Below are positions 1 through 10,693 of a stretch of DNA of 53,617 nucleotides, piece by piece. How positions within the stretch are numbered: position 1 is the first letter of the stretch; each line of letters opens with the position of its first letter. The translations under genes were made by a program, and so were the position numbers. The DNA is taken from the IMG/VR virus record IMGVR_UViG_3300024181_000006, positions 1-53,617 of that record; one strand, 5' to 3'. The stretch comes from a virus (Duplodnaviria > Caudoviricetes). The notes beneath the pieces were generated by a model. The model did no database searches, was not told where the DNA came from, and saw nothing but the letters and a program-made list of their open reading frames with translations.

Positions 1-133
1 ATACCAACCTAACGATATATATTCCATCCAAATAGAAGATGAAAGAATGTCTCCACGGTTCTCTATTGATATAACTGAAATGATGAATATCGCCAAATCT
101 AATGAGCACTGAACGATTAGAAAGATATATCAA
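1..133. repeat. Terminal direct repeat, left copy (circular assembly overlap)
   Basis: 8..133 is identical to 53492..53617 (126 bp); the first 7 nt differ at 2 positions (ATACCAA vs ATACTAT). Confidence 0.95.
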
Positions 134-425
134 AGATTGGATTGATTGGGCATATAATATACAGAAAGAAATATCCAGAATCAATCGTCTCTACAATAAA
201 GGAGCAATTACAAACGAACAGAGAGATTTTGAACTAAAACATGCACAGGTTGTTAAACTTCTTCTAGAAATGAGAAAGTGTGGACTTAATGAAGAAGAAA
301 AAGATACAGTATTCTCATGGCTTAAAATGGATGCAACTGGATGGCCTGATGAATTAATTAGAATAGCAAAAGAATATTATCCAGAGCATCCATTACTTAA
401 ACTACAATCAATCAATCAAAGATAA
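102..425 (+). CDS. Hypothetical early protein
   Basis: 107 aa ORF in a tightly packed + strand run; overlaps the end of 53267..53596 across the circular junction. Confidence 0.65.
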   Translation: MSTERLERYIKDWIDWAYNIQKEISRINRLYNKGAITNEQRDFELKHAQVVKLLLEMRKCGLNEEEKDTVFSWLKMDATGWPDELIRIAKEYYPEHPLLKLQSINQR

Positions 426-436
426 AGAAGATACCG

Positions 437-2331
437 ATGAAAACATTAGCACTGACTGAAGAACAATTCAATACAATCTATCAATCTCTTAGAGATATGG
501 AATCTGTATTAAAAATAACAATGCATCTTACCTCAATTCCATTTATAGAAGGACATATTGACCCTAATCTTAATCTCAATATTGAATGTGTGGAGTATCT
601 TAAAAGGATAGACAACACTATCAAAGCATTAAAACCTACGAGCGAAGCGAGCCTCAGGTGACTAACTTAATGACTAACTAAATTCACAATCAAATGAGCA
701 CACTAGCAACACCACATACTCTTAAATACTTCATTGCTCTCCCTAAAGAAACAATTGAAGTATCATTTCAGACATTCAATGAAATTGCAATTAAGGGATG
801 GGAATCCATAGAGATAATCAATCTTGATTCCAGCGGTAAACAGACGGCACTCAACAGTCCTACTAAAAACATAAAACAGAAAATTCTAATATTCAAATGA
901 GCCAAGCACACAAACCATGCACTGAATGGACCATTCAAATTAAAATGGATGGTATGATGTTTCATATAACAGATATACATTTCTCAGATATTGCAGAAGC
1001 TTGTGCAGATGGGATTAGAGCCAAATATCCTCAAGCGGAAGTTAAAGTGTATCTAGCAGGAAGAATCGAAGAATCATGAGCACAGCACCAAAATCAACAA
1101 TCGAAATAGAGAAGATAGACCAAGGAGATATAGAAGACACTTCTCTAGTAGAATATGATTGGATTATTCGCATTAATCTGTTCTGCCATCATCGTCATAT
1201 TCGATTATCTAAAGAGGAAATACTAAAACTTCATGAAGCATTAACATTGTGGAGAGGATTTGAAGAGCAGAAAAACAAACCAAACAAAAAGAACCAAAAA
1301 TGAGTGAAGATATAAACAAACCAGAGGACTTGAAGAATCTTCAAGTAAGGTCATTAACAATTCAACGTTCATCATCATGGGATAAAAATGCTCCCTGGGA
1401 AGCTACAGCATGGTTAGCAGCTAAGACAGGTTCAGCTAAGGAACTAAAGATAGAACTAGAGGAGAACATAGCCCAAGAAATCATGAAGTTGCTGGCACCT
1501 CACATTGTAAAGTCGGCTAGTGATGCAGCACAAGCATTAGCTGATGAAGCTAAAAGAATGGCTGAGGCACTTGGTGATAGGATGATTAAATCTATTGAGG
1601 ACCAGAAATGAACTCTGAAGGCACAGGCAAATTATTACATCTAGATTTTATTGCATTAAAGCAAATCAAGGAGCATGTAGACAATATTGTCTATAATCTA
1701 AATGCAATGAATTCTGGTGCAGCTTACCATGAAGCAATGATTCTAGATGCTAAACTCAGCACATGGATTTCAAAATCACAGCAAGAAACAAAACAACAAA
1801 TACTAGGAAGGATAAAAAGAAACATGCCACAAGAACTACCACAAACAACACAGAGACATACAGCATACGACGAAGCCAGAAAGTTTGACCAGCAAATAGG
1901 AGAACTGATGCAGAAGTATCCAGTTGAATCCAATGTATATTTCTGGATTACGTTCTGTAGAACAGTTAGTTCTGGTCTGGATATAATCAACACAATATGT
2001 ATGGAATCACTTAAATCAGATATGAGATATCATGTTTGAATTTAAGGATGACAATACACGTAAGCTCTACGAAGATGCATGGAATGAATATATGAAAAAT
2101 CAAGAAGAAAAATCAGTTCGTAATATAAAAGCTGGTCAAATGTTTGTAGTTGTAGATGCTGAAATGACAGCACTACCTCCCTCATTTGTTGGAGAAATAG
2201 CCAGAACTCTGGATAATAAAGAGCATTACATTGAATTCATATTTCATCCTTATTATCCTGATAATAACATGGCAATGTGGTATAAGATTCATCCTTCGTG
2301 GTTCAACAAAGGATGGCTCAGAAAGATTTAG
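437..2331 (+). other. Cluster of small hypothetical early genes (437..661, 694..900, 897..1079, 1076..1303, 1300..1611, 1608..2039, 2032..2331)
   Basis: Co-oriented ORFs, mostly joined by ATGA stop/start overlaps; no recognisable motifs. Confidence 0.7.
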
Positions 2332-2368
2332 TTGATAGTCAACAACAAACCAAAGAAAGAACCGTAAT

Positions 2369-2731
2369 ATGGGACAGAGAAAAGTAACACAAGAACAAGA
2401 GAGATTAATTCTAGCAGAACTTCTGCTCATTAGAAATGACCCTGGACTACTTAATCGAAAGGAAAAGGTTCAAATAGCATTCGAGAAAGTGTTTGGTGCA
2501 GGGAATATTCCAATCAAACTTTCCTCATCAACAGTATATCGATACTGGGAAAAGCTTCCTAAGAATCCAGTGCAACCTAAAATGAAAAGAGAGCCTTCTA
2601 ATCTTCCACTCAATCAACTAAAAACTATGGAAGCTTTCTCAACAATGCGAAGACTCAAGTATTGTCCTTTCTGTGGGCTGAATCTTGATGTTATAATAGC
2701 AGCAATGTCAATGGTGGAGGCGCAGAGATGA
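2369..2731 (+). CDS. Putative DNA-binding protein with C-terminal CxxC
   Basis: LSSSTVYRYW resembles an HTH recognition helix; YCPFCG zinc-knuckle half. Confidence 0.45.
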   Translation: MGQRKVTQEQERLILAELLLIRNDPGLLNRKEKVQIAFEKVFGAGNIPIKLSSSTVYRYWEKLPKNPVQPKMKREPSNLPLNQLKTMEAFSTMRRLKYCPFCGLNLDVIIAAMSMVEAQR

Positions 2732-2812
2732 AGAAACCTGTTAAACGTAGATTATTAGGATTCCCTCGTAATCGAAGAGAAAGAGGAGTTTCAAAAAGAG
2801 AAAAGGAAAGAA

Positions 2813-3109
2813 ATGAAAGACAAACCAACAGTAGCACCATTTCTAAATGAGAATGCGGATAGACAAGATATCCAAGTTCTAATCATGGCTAAATTCTTTG
2901 GATTTTCTTGGAAAACAATAGCCAAAGCAACAGGCAAGTCTGTATCGCAAGTTGGATATAGACTCAAGTGTGCTGGAATCAAGACTTCGGATTTCAGAAG
3001 AGGAGAAACAGCAATAGCAAATAGAGCAATAGAGTTCTGTCGTCAAGAATCGGCGGAATACTTCAACTCTATACAATCAGAGATACGCAAGTATCTGAAG
3101 GACCAATGA
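2813..3109 (+). CDS. HTH DNA-binding protein
   Basis: FSWKTIAKATGKSVSQVGYRL is a typical HTH pattern. Confidence 0.6.
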   Translation: MKDKPTVAPFLNENADRQDIQVLIMAKFFGFSWKTIAKATGKSVSQVGYRLKCAGIKTSDFRRGETAIANRAIEFCRQESAEYFNSIQSEIRKYLKDQ

Positions 3110-3712
3110 CATATCAAGAATTTCATACAAGACTAGGAGAGGTTCTAGAACATTATTCAGAACTTAAATCTCAAACAGCAGAAGTATGGGAGCCTCATTC
3201 ATGGGGTTCGCCAAATATAACTGAAGTTAAGGTAGAAATAGATGAAGAGCAAAAACCTAATTTATTTATTACAGTGGAGGAAAAATGAGCAACGAAGCAG
3301 AATCAATAGAATCCAGAGTGGAGAAGATTGAGAAGATACTTCTGGAACAATCTATATCAGGCATTCACACTTTCGAACTGATTAAAGCAATGCATACAAC
3401 AATTCAGAGTCAGCAGGAGATAATCAAGGTTCTGCATGAAGCTGATAATATTCTAAAAGAGTATATCGATAAGGTTGTTGGACATATCATCAAGACAGGA
3501 GGAAGGCTGGAATGAAAATCTTAATACATGATTCGGAAGGAACTCTACTATTGGAGAAGCATCTTGTCCAAGTAACCAGCATAATAATAGACCCAGAAGC
3601 ATGGTCTATGCAGATTACCGATGGATTAAATCTTAATACGGTAGTAGACTTAGAATCGGAGGATACTTTCGCTATTTCATTTCTCAATGATGAGAAGCTT
3701 GGCGGCAAATAG
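3106..3712 (+). other. Three small hypothetical genes (3106..3288, 3285..3515, 3512..3712)
   Basis: ORFs coupled by ATGA overlaps. Confidence 0.65.
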
Positions 3713-3724
3713 TTTGTATAAGGC

Positions 3725-3741
3725 TTGGCACACTTAATGCT
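3725..3741 (+). promoter_or_regulatory. sigma54 (-24/-12) promoter P1
   Basis: TTGGCACACTTAATGCT, GG-N10-GC spacing, intergenic, upstream of 3839. Confidence 0.8.
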
Positions 3742-3838
3742 ATATAGATTTCGTCATGCAAAGAATCTTAGAGGCGTAACTCAGTGTAAAGTTAGCTTCT
3801 AGTGTCAGTAAACCAAACAACAAAACAAAGTAAAACAT

Positions 3839-4393
3839 ATGGCTGAACAAACAGCACAACACGCTAATCCAACATCACCAAAGAAACGTGAGAAGATTCC
3901 TTCTATCGAAGTCGATAGGAACGAAGTGAAACTGAAGTTCGTTGATACTGAAGTAATGAAAGGCAAATCAAAAGGTTGGCCTTATCTTGCTCCAGAGAAA
4001 ACTACTCCAGATTCTTTGGACACGCTAATTGGTTGGATGGGAAGAGATGTTGCGGCACAGAAACTTCATGCTTTCGTCAAAGGTCTATCACAGGGCTGGA
4101 TGGAGGAAGCTGAATCACAAGCAACTGGTGAAGATGGCAAAGTTGACAACACAAAGTTGCTGGAAGTATTCGGAACACTTGCCAAAGAATTCTCTGCTCG
4201 TGGAGAATCAATTCCGAAGTTGAAGGAAGAAATCGAAGAACTCACCAATCAGATGACTGGTTTGGATTTGGATTCTCCAGACTTCCAGAAAGATTTCAAG
4301 GCATTTGCCGAAGAAATCAAACGCTTGCAAGTTGCTATTCAGAGCAAGCGCCGCAAGTCAGACGAAGAAGAGAACGCTGCTGCAAATGGTTAA
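3839..4393 (+). CDS. Hypothetical protein (monocistronic, coiled-coil C-terminus)
   Basis: 184 aa; has its own promoter, A-rich leader and terminator. Confidence 0.8.
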   Translation: MAEQTAQHANPTSPKKREKIPSIEVDRNEVKLKFVDTEVMKGKSKGWPYLAPEKTTPDSLDTLIGWMGRDVAAQKLHAFVKGLSQGWMEEAESQATGEDGKVDNTKLLEVFGTLAKEFSARGESIPKLKEEIEELTNQMTGLDLDSPDFQKDFKAFAEEIKRLQVAIQSKRRKSDEEENAAANG

Positions 4394-4442
4394 TTGGTTA
4401 CGCTAGGTTCTCAACGGTTCTCCTAGAGTAATTAATACAGAG

Positions 4443-4484
4443 ACTCCCGGTAGGTTGAAAGACTACTTACCGGGAGTTTTCTTT
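4443..4484 (+). terminator. Rho-independent terminator
   Basis: 13-bp stem ACTCCCGGTAGGT/ACTTACCGGGAGT followed by TTTCTTT. Confidence 0.85.
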
Positions 4485-4491
4485 CTCAAAC

Positions 4492-4521
4492 TTGACATGG
4501 TAATATAACCTAGTATAACAT
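4492..4521 (+). promoter_or_regulatory. Putative sigma70 promoter in tandem with P2
   Basis: TTGACA at 4492, then TATAAC (16-nt spacer) or TAACAT (18-nt spacer). Confidence 0.5.
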
Positions 4522-4525
4522 TAAC

Positions 4526-4542
4526 TTGGCACGATTCCTGCT
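4526..4542 (+). promoter_or_regulatory. sigma54 promoter P2
   Basis: TTGGCACGATTCCTGCT; heads the gene run containing the helicase and the bEBP. Confidence 0.88.
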
Positions 4543-5009
4543 GTATAAAGGCACCCTTCACTTTTATGAATGAAAAACGCACGCTAGTCAAACATAACTT
4601 AACCAATAAACTTGTAGAAAGAGAAGCACGCTGGAGAGATAAACATGGAACTATCTCCGCAAAACAGTGTGAGGTATGGCAGAAACAGAAGAAAGCAGCG
4701 GACTTACTTAAGCCAAGTGCATCTCTGATACGTCGAGCAGGTCAACGTCAGCACTCCAGAGCAACTAAATGATTTACCTTCGGGTAAGAAATCAGAATTG
4801 TCCTGGATTAACCTTCATAGGAATAGGTCAGAATCTATCTGAGGCAGAGACAGGATTGCTTATATCTATCCTTACAGAGATACATAATAATCCTGAAATC
4901 TCTGGAGGACAAGAGATGCTTCGTAATTCCTATGCATTAATCAGTGCATCATATCCTCATCCACCTAGAGATTTCTGTGTAGGTGAATGGCATTTCCTAT
5001 ACTACAACT

Positions 5010-5423
5010 ATGACAAGAACTAGCTTTGCTGCTCTGCTTCTAATTCTAGCTGGATGCTCTGCACCACAACCTAAACCAAAGATTGCAGGTCCTTCATCTA
5101 TTCCTGTAATGAAGTTTAGACCTCTACGTATAGCAGAAGCGGAAGTTTCTGTTAAACCTCCCAATCTTCCCAGATATCTACCACCCTTACGTTATCCTAC
5201 AAATGCTCCTGCTGCATTCTGGGTTCTACAATGGTCAGATGACTTAAAGCATTGGCATGTGCTGGCTAGATTCTATGGTAATTATCCTGATACGGCATTT
5301 GTGCCACCTAAGACTGGCAATAGATTCTTCAGGTATATCGGAACTCCACAGAAGCCTGCTTACGATGGCTTCATGACAAATAGACCAGATTTATGGCTTA
5401 AGTTAGGAGGAGATAAAGAATGA
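5010..5423 (+). CDS. Lipoprotein
   Basis: MTRTSFAALLLILAG-C lipobox (start re-called from 4983); LQWSDDLKHW...NRFFR motif. Confidence 0.7.
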   Translation: MTRTSFAALLLILAGCSAPQPKPKIAGPSSIPVMKFRPLRIAEAEVSVKPPNLPRYLPPLRYPTNAPAAFWVLQWSDDLKHWHVLARFYGNYPDTAFVPPKTGNRFFRYIGTPQKPAYDGFMTNRPDLWLKLGGDKE

Positions 5424-6355
5424 GTGACAAAAAGATTACCCTTCCATTATCAAGAGTATTGGAGTGGTTATGGGGATACAAAGATAGAGCGCCTGTAGAT
5501 GAGGCAGATGCACTTCTCATTGCTGCGATAGATAAGGATGAAGCTATCTGCCATATTCAGTATGAATCTCTTGAAGATGGCTCCATTCTAGATAATCCTC
5601 TAATCTGGAGAGTAAAGGAATGGCGCACATATCATTTGAAAATGATGCTTGATAAGGAAAAGCAAGCCAAGCAGCGCAAGGAATGGAATTTGCAGTCTGA
5701 GAATACCGAAATGCTTATGCGTGCATTAGCTAGGAAGTATGGCATCGAAGATAGAGAGATACTCAGAGGTATTGCTCATAAACTAGCAAGAAGTAAGAAT
5801 CAGGAATACGTTAACAAACTAGATGTTCCAGCAAAACTGGACATGGGAGATTAATATGAAAATCGCGCTAATGACATTCGAGGGTAAGCTACACAAGACT
5901 GTAGAATGGGATGGCAAAACAGAGCACAATGGAATGTATCTTAGGATTCCTAATGAACCTGAATGTGACCATTTCAGTGCTGTGCTTGCTATTAGACCTG
6001 AAGATGTAGATGAGTATACTACTCATTGTGCAGCATTAAATGACCAAATTATTAATCTGCAACATACACTCAATCAATATAAAGCCTCTGTGCATCACAG
6101 ATTGATACCATTCAAATCGTGAACATCATCTACAAAGTATCCTCTCCTCACGGTTATGCTTTTGTTGATACCTACGAGAATGCTTACAAATCTATGTTGG
6201 AAACATATCCTGAAGCAAATATTGGCATGATTCCTATAGAACAAAGAGATAAAACTATTAAAAGTTTTAATAGGATAGACAAAGGATGGTTCCTGATAGA
6301 AAAAATCGAAGTCAAAGATACACCACAAAGATTAATGCCATATACTAAGGTATGA
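5420..6355 (+). other. Hypothetical genes 5420..5854, 5823..6122, 6119..6355
   Basis: Overlapping or adjacent + strand ORFs. Confidence 0.6.
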
Positions 6356-8619
6356 GCAAACCACAACTGAGTCCTGAAGAGAAAGCAGATAAGCGTTTAC
6401 GCGACCAGATACGATATCTGGATAATAAGGTAAAGGGTGCGTGGTCATGGGGTCATCTAGTTACCTTTCAGGACTTATACAATCTTTATGAGTGGCAGCT
6501 TGTAGATGGTTGCACTCAGTCACATCTAGATACTAAGTTAACCTTCCAAGATATCAAGGATTTTCTAGAAGATAGACGAATAGAAGCAGAATGCTATATC
6601 TGGCTCAAACATAATCCTCCCTTTAATATACCTGAGCTAGATAAGATGATAGACCAAGTTGTAGAATCCAAAATAGCCAATCTTTCACTAGTTCCCGCCA
6701 ATCAGTTAGGAGATGTGCCGCCAATTAAGGCTGAGGTAGAGGTAAGACGCTGGGAACTAGAACCGTGTCCTCTAGATAAGAGTTTCCTGTATTGGTTCCA
6801 GAAGAAGGCTGTCTATCAACTCCTGAATAATATCCGTAAGTTAAATCATCGAGCGGATTTGCTTATAGCTGCAACTGGTTCAGGTAAGACATATATTGTA
6901 GGTGCTCTGCTGGCTAGATTGTATCATTCCAAGTGGCATGAAGGAAGAACACTTACACCTTGGCCTTATGTTTATGTAACCAAGGCATCTGTAGTTGAGC
7001 AAACTCAGAGAGTTCTTAAGAGACATTTTGGATTAACAGAGAATGAAGTTCTAGTAATCAATATAGACCAGCTTCGTTCACACTTCGGAACTAGATTTGT
7101 TAAGCCCGAAATTACAGTTGAGGATTGCGTAGAGTCCTGTAAATGGATATGGCGTCCACATGTATTTCCTGTAGTAATTGTTTGGGATGAGTGTCAGGCA
7201 CTTAAGAATCATTGGTCACAACAATCAGAGATTGCACAATCATACAATGATATACCGACCGAGAATACGTATCAGTTATTTGTTTCTGCAACACCCTTCG
7301 TTCGCGTCAGTGAAGCTAAGTGTTTTGTGGTTGCATCTAGGGTTCCTTATACGTTTGGATTGTCGAAAGATGCACCAATGTGTAATGAACATTGGAATGA
7401 TTTCGCGAAGAATATTGCTAGTGATTTTGGTAGATTAGAGACTAAGCCAGAGAATTACTCTCCCGGCGCGATGAATCGTCTGATGGCTTATATGTCAGAA
7501 TACATACATCGTGTTAAGGGAATTAAGACGCAGTTCAAGCCATTCAACACAATCAAAGTTATTAGCTTTGAGACAGAGAGAGGCCGTAAAGAATATGAGG
7601 AAGCATGGGAAAGATTTCAGAAGGAGAAAGCAGAACTTGAAGGAGATGAGTCTCTATCCAGTTCACAGGCAGCTTTCAACATACTCGCACAATTACAGGT
7701 CTTTCTCAAGGCAGCAGAAACAAACTACGATAGAGTGCATAAGATTGCTAGAGATATGTATCATGGAGTTCAAGAAGGATTTGCCTCTGTCGCTGCTGTG
7801 CGATTTAAGCTTACAATATGTAAGGTCGTTGAGATTCTCATCAAGGATTATGGAGTTAAACGCGATGAGATTAGTCTTATTTGGGGTGGAGCGCCAACTG
7901 CTAATAAGAAACAAAAGCTTAAAAAGTCCATTCTTGATTCCCCTCAGTTTCTAGAACAGATGGCCGCTACTGGATTAACATTCGAGGATTTAGATTTGGA
8001 TGAAGTAGAAGCTACTGAAGTTGCGGCATGGCCTAAGGAATATAGATTAGGTAATCAGAACTTTAAGGAGAGACAGAGAGAGATTGATAGATTCCAAAGA
8101 GGACAATCTCTATATTGCATATATACTTTCCGTGCTGGTGGAGTAGGACTTTCACTACATCATACGGATGACCTAACAAAAGAGAAAGTCAGACATAGAG
8201 AGAGTGGTTATGCGTTTGAAGAAGATATACCTAAGATTCCTACCAGACCCAGAAGAGTTGTCGTTACTCCTACGTGGTCTGCCATTGAACTTGTCCAAGG
8301 AGTTGGCCGCTGTCCAAGACTTACTTCACTTTCAGATACAAATCAGATTATGGAGTTCTACAGAGGAACGGTCGAAGAAAGACAGGCTAGAGTTGTTGGA
8401 GTTAAACTACACTGCCTCTCCAAGGTTGTTCGTAATAAGGAATCATGGGAAGACCTTATTATCGGTAGAAAAGGAATGTCTGAAGAAGAAGTTGAGCAAA
8501 AGCTCATCGAAGGTAGACAAGAAGTAGGTAATGAGGAACCTAAAGGTAATGGAGATGAAGAGACAGAGGGAACGTGGACTGGAGATGAAGATGAGAATGA
8601 CGAAGAAGATGATGATTGA
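6352..8619 (+). CDS. Superfamily 2 helicase (strawberry-notch-like C-terminal motifs)
   Basis: AATGSGKT, WDECQ, SATP, AGGVGLSLH, PTWSA..QGVGRCPR; acidic tail. Confidence 0.88.
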   Translation: MSKPQLSPEEKADKRLRDQIRYLDNKVKGAWSWGHLVTFQDLYNLYEWQLVDGCTQSHLDTKLTFQDIKDFLEDRRIEAECYIWLKHNPPFNIPELDKMIDQVVESKIANLSLVPANQLGDVPPIKAEVEVRRWELEPCPLDKSFLYWFQKKAVYQLLNNIRKLNHRADLLIAATGSGKTYIVGALLARLYHSKWHEGRTLTPWPYVYVTKASVVEQTQRVLKRHFGLTENEVLVINIDQLRSHFGTRFVKPEITVEDCVESCKWIWRPHVFPVVIVWDECQALKNHWSQQSEIAQSYNDIPTENTYQLFVSATPFVRVSEAKCFVVASRVPYTFGLSKDAPMCNEHWNDFAKNIASDFGRLETKPENYSPGAMNRLMAYMSEYIHRVKGIKTQFKPFNTIKVISFETERGRKEYEEAWERFQKEKAELEGDESLSSSQAAFNILAQLQVFLKAAETNYDRVHKIARDMYHGVQEGFASVAAVRFKLTICKVVEILIKDYGVKRDEISLIWGGAPTANKKQKLKKSILDSPQFLEQMAATGLTFEDLDLDEVEATEVAAWPKEYRLGNQNFKERQREIDRFQRGQSLYCIYTFRAGGVGLSLHHTDDLTKEKVRHRESGYAFEEDIPKIPTRPRRVVVTPTWSAIELVQGVGRCPRLTSLSDTNQIMEFYRGTVEERQARVVGVKLHCLSKVVRNKESWEDLIIGRKGMSEEEVEQKLIEGRQEVGNEEPKGNGDEETEGTWTGDEDENDEEDDD

Positions 8620-8864
8620 GGGATTCATCTTTGTCTTGGAATGCGTTACTGCTATTGTGGTGCTATTAACAATCGTTTATCTTATCTGTCATAAACTCTT
8701 ATGAATAAAGAAATTCAAGTAATACTGGATGAATTGGATGAACAACTTGATAAACTTTACTATCAAGCAGCACAAATTACTCCAAATGTAATCTCTCTTA
8801 GAAGTATATGGAATGAACTTAGAGTGATTAGAGCTAGAATTAATTCCCTAAAGAAAGAGCCTGA

Positions 8865-9558
8865 ATGATTTCTCTCCAAGACTACATAGATGCACTAATG
8901 CAATGTCAGGAACATTATGTGCAGCTTTCTGTTCGTCAATCCAGATTGCTTATAGATAATTGGGGAGATGCTGTTCATGCCTTATATGTTCTTGAGGATG
9001 AGAAAGACACAATTTATCCCAATACAGGAGCAACACTTCCTGCATTGACAGATGGCTCTAAACGATTATGGTATAGAACATCTTGGGAAGAATTTAATAG
9101 TCCACAAAAGAAGAAAGAACGTCTCATTAAACAAATGCTACAGGAACATTTAAAATCATGAAATTCACTGTAACTTGCTTGACTCGATTAACAAAATGTC
9201 ACGTTAAAGATTGTGATATATATGCTCAAATTCAAATTCGATTTGAGGATTGTGGTTATCTTTATCTTTGTCAGGCACACTATAATGTCATTCTTAATCT
9301 CTCTAAATTCATAGAAGAATCAAAACAAACTAAATCATGAAAATAAAGAACATGAATCAAGTTGGAGTTGTGCCACTAAATACTCTTGCTAGAGGAGAAT
9401 GTTTTAGTCACGGAGATACAGTTCTAATGGTAGTTGGTATACCTGATGGACATGCTATTCAAGCTGTAGGATTAGAATCAGGACTTATAACATCCTGGGA
9501 CCCAGTTCATCTGGTGCAAAGGGTCAATGGAATTTACAATTATGAAATTATAGCCTGA
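8865..9558 (+). other. Small hypothetical genes 8865..9161, 9158..9340, 9337..9558
   Basis: ATGA-coupled ORFs; 9158..9340 has C..C/C..H ligands. Confidence 0.6.
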
Positions 9559-9564
9559 TTATTT

Positions 9565-10431
9565 ATGAGCAACGGAAACAAGAAAGATTCCCCACCAGCA
9601 CCTCCTGATATCATTGAGAAGATACAGGCATTTCTAGATAATAATCTGCCAGACCTTGCTCTAGCTCTGATAGAGAAGTTTGGATTGCAGATTGATATTC
9701 AGGATGGTAGAATTGTAGATAAGCTCAATAGCACAGAGTTCTGGCTTAAGAAGTTTATCACTATAGACAATCAAACTACAGCCATGAAGGATTCAATTCG
9801 CAAACTTGCGAAAGTTGATGATGAAGTTCTAATTACAGGTCCATCAGGTTCTGGCAAAGAACTAATTGCACATGCCTTAATGGGTAATCGTGAGGGAAGT
9901 TTTGTTCCAGTTAATTGTGCAGGATTGCCAGATACTCTAATTGATTCTCTGTTATTCGGACATAAGAAGGGTTCATTTACTGGCGCAGATACAGATAAAG
10001 CTGGATTCTGTGTAGCGGCAAGAGACGGAATTCTATTCCTTGATGAAATTGGTGAATTGCCAATCACTTTACAAGCTAAGCTTCTAAGAGCTATTCAGGA
10101 GAAGAAGATTTTACCCATAGGTGATACAAAAGAAAGAGAGATATCCTGTAGATTTGTATTCGCAACTCATAGGAATCTCCAGCAGATGATTGCTGAGTCA
10201 CAATTTAGGATAGATTTATTTGCTAGGATATCTACATTTGAAATAGCTATTAAAGGATTGAAGGATAGGAAATGTGATATCATTCCAATCATAGAATCTC
10301 TGGATGGTGGACATGCGTATATCAATTATATGCAATCAAGAGGAAAGATTAATCCAGAAACTATTGATGTTAATTTAGGCGTGCGTTCTCTTCAACAATT
10401 GGTAAGGAGACATAAAGTCTTGCATACATGA
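9565..10431 (+). CDS. sigma54-dependent transcriptional activator (bEBP AAA+), lacking receiver and HTH domains
   Basis: VLITGPSGSGKELIA, FVPVNCA, LFGHKKGSFTGA (GAFTGA loop), LFLDEIGEL, LQAKLLR, ATHRNL, FRIDLFARI; the protein ends just after the lid helix (GVRSL). Confidence 0.95.
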   Translation: MSNGNKKDSPPAPPDIIEKIQAFLDNNLPDLALALIEKFGLQIDIQDGRIVDKLNSTEFWLKKFITIDNQTTAMKDSIRKLAKVDDEVLITGPSGSGKELIAHALMGNREGSFVPVNCAGLPDTLIDSLLFGHKKGSFTGADTDKAGFCVAARDGILFLDEIGELPITLQAKLLRAIQEKKILPIGDTKEREISCRFVFATHRNLQQMIAESQFRIDLFARISTFEIAIKGLKDRKCDIIPIIESLDGGHAYINYMQSRGKINPETIDVNLGVRSLQQLVRRHKVLHT

Positions 10432-10625
10432 GAATTAAATTTGAACCTAACTATTTCTTTATAGGACTTCATGTAATATGTAAGGAACAAACTATGACAA
10501 TGTGGTATGTAATCGTAGATAGAACATATCATCTTTGCATAATTCCGTTCTTTCCTATTGTATGGGAGAAGTCTAAGTTGATTTCTCGACATTGAGATGT
10601 TATATAAAGTTATATCAAATCTATT

Positions 10626-10642
10626 TTGGCACGATTCTTGCT
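10626..10642 (+). promoter_or_regulatory. sigma54 promoter P3
   Basis: TTGGCACGATTCTTGCT, near-perfect consensus; heads the GroES/recombination/replication run. Confidence 0.92.
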
Positions 10643-10693
10643 CTATAAGAATGTGAATAAGTCAGCTTGTCTTAACTAAATCATTAACACATT

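Noticed and set aside
1-7. Mismatches between the terminal repeat copies as targeted diversification
   Set aside because: They sit at the contig edge and there is no reverse transcriptase or template repeat; most likely an assembly artefact or strain variant
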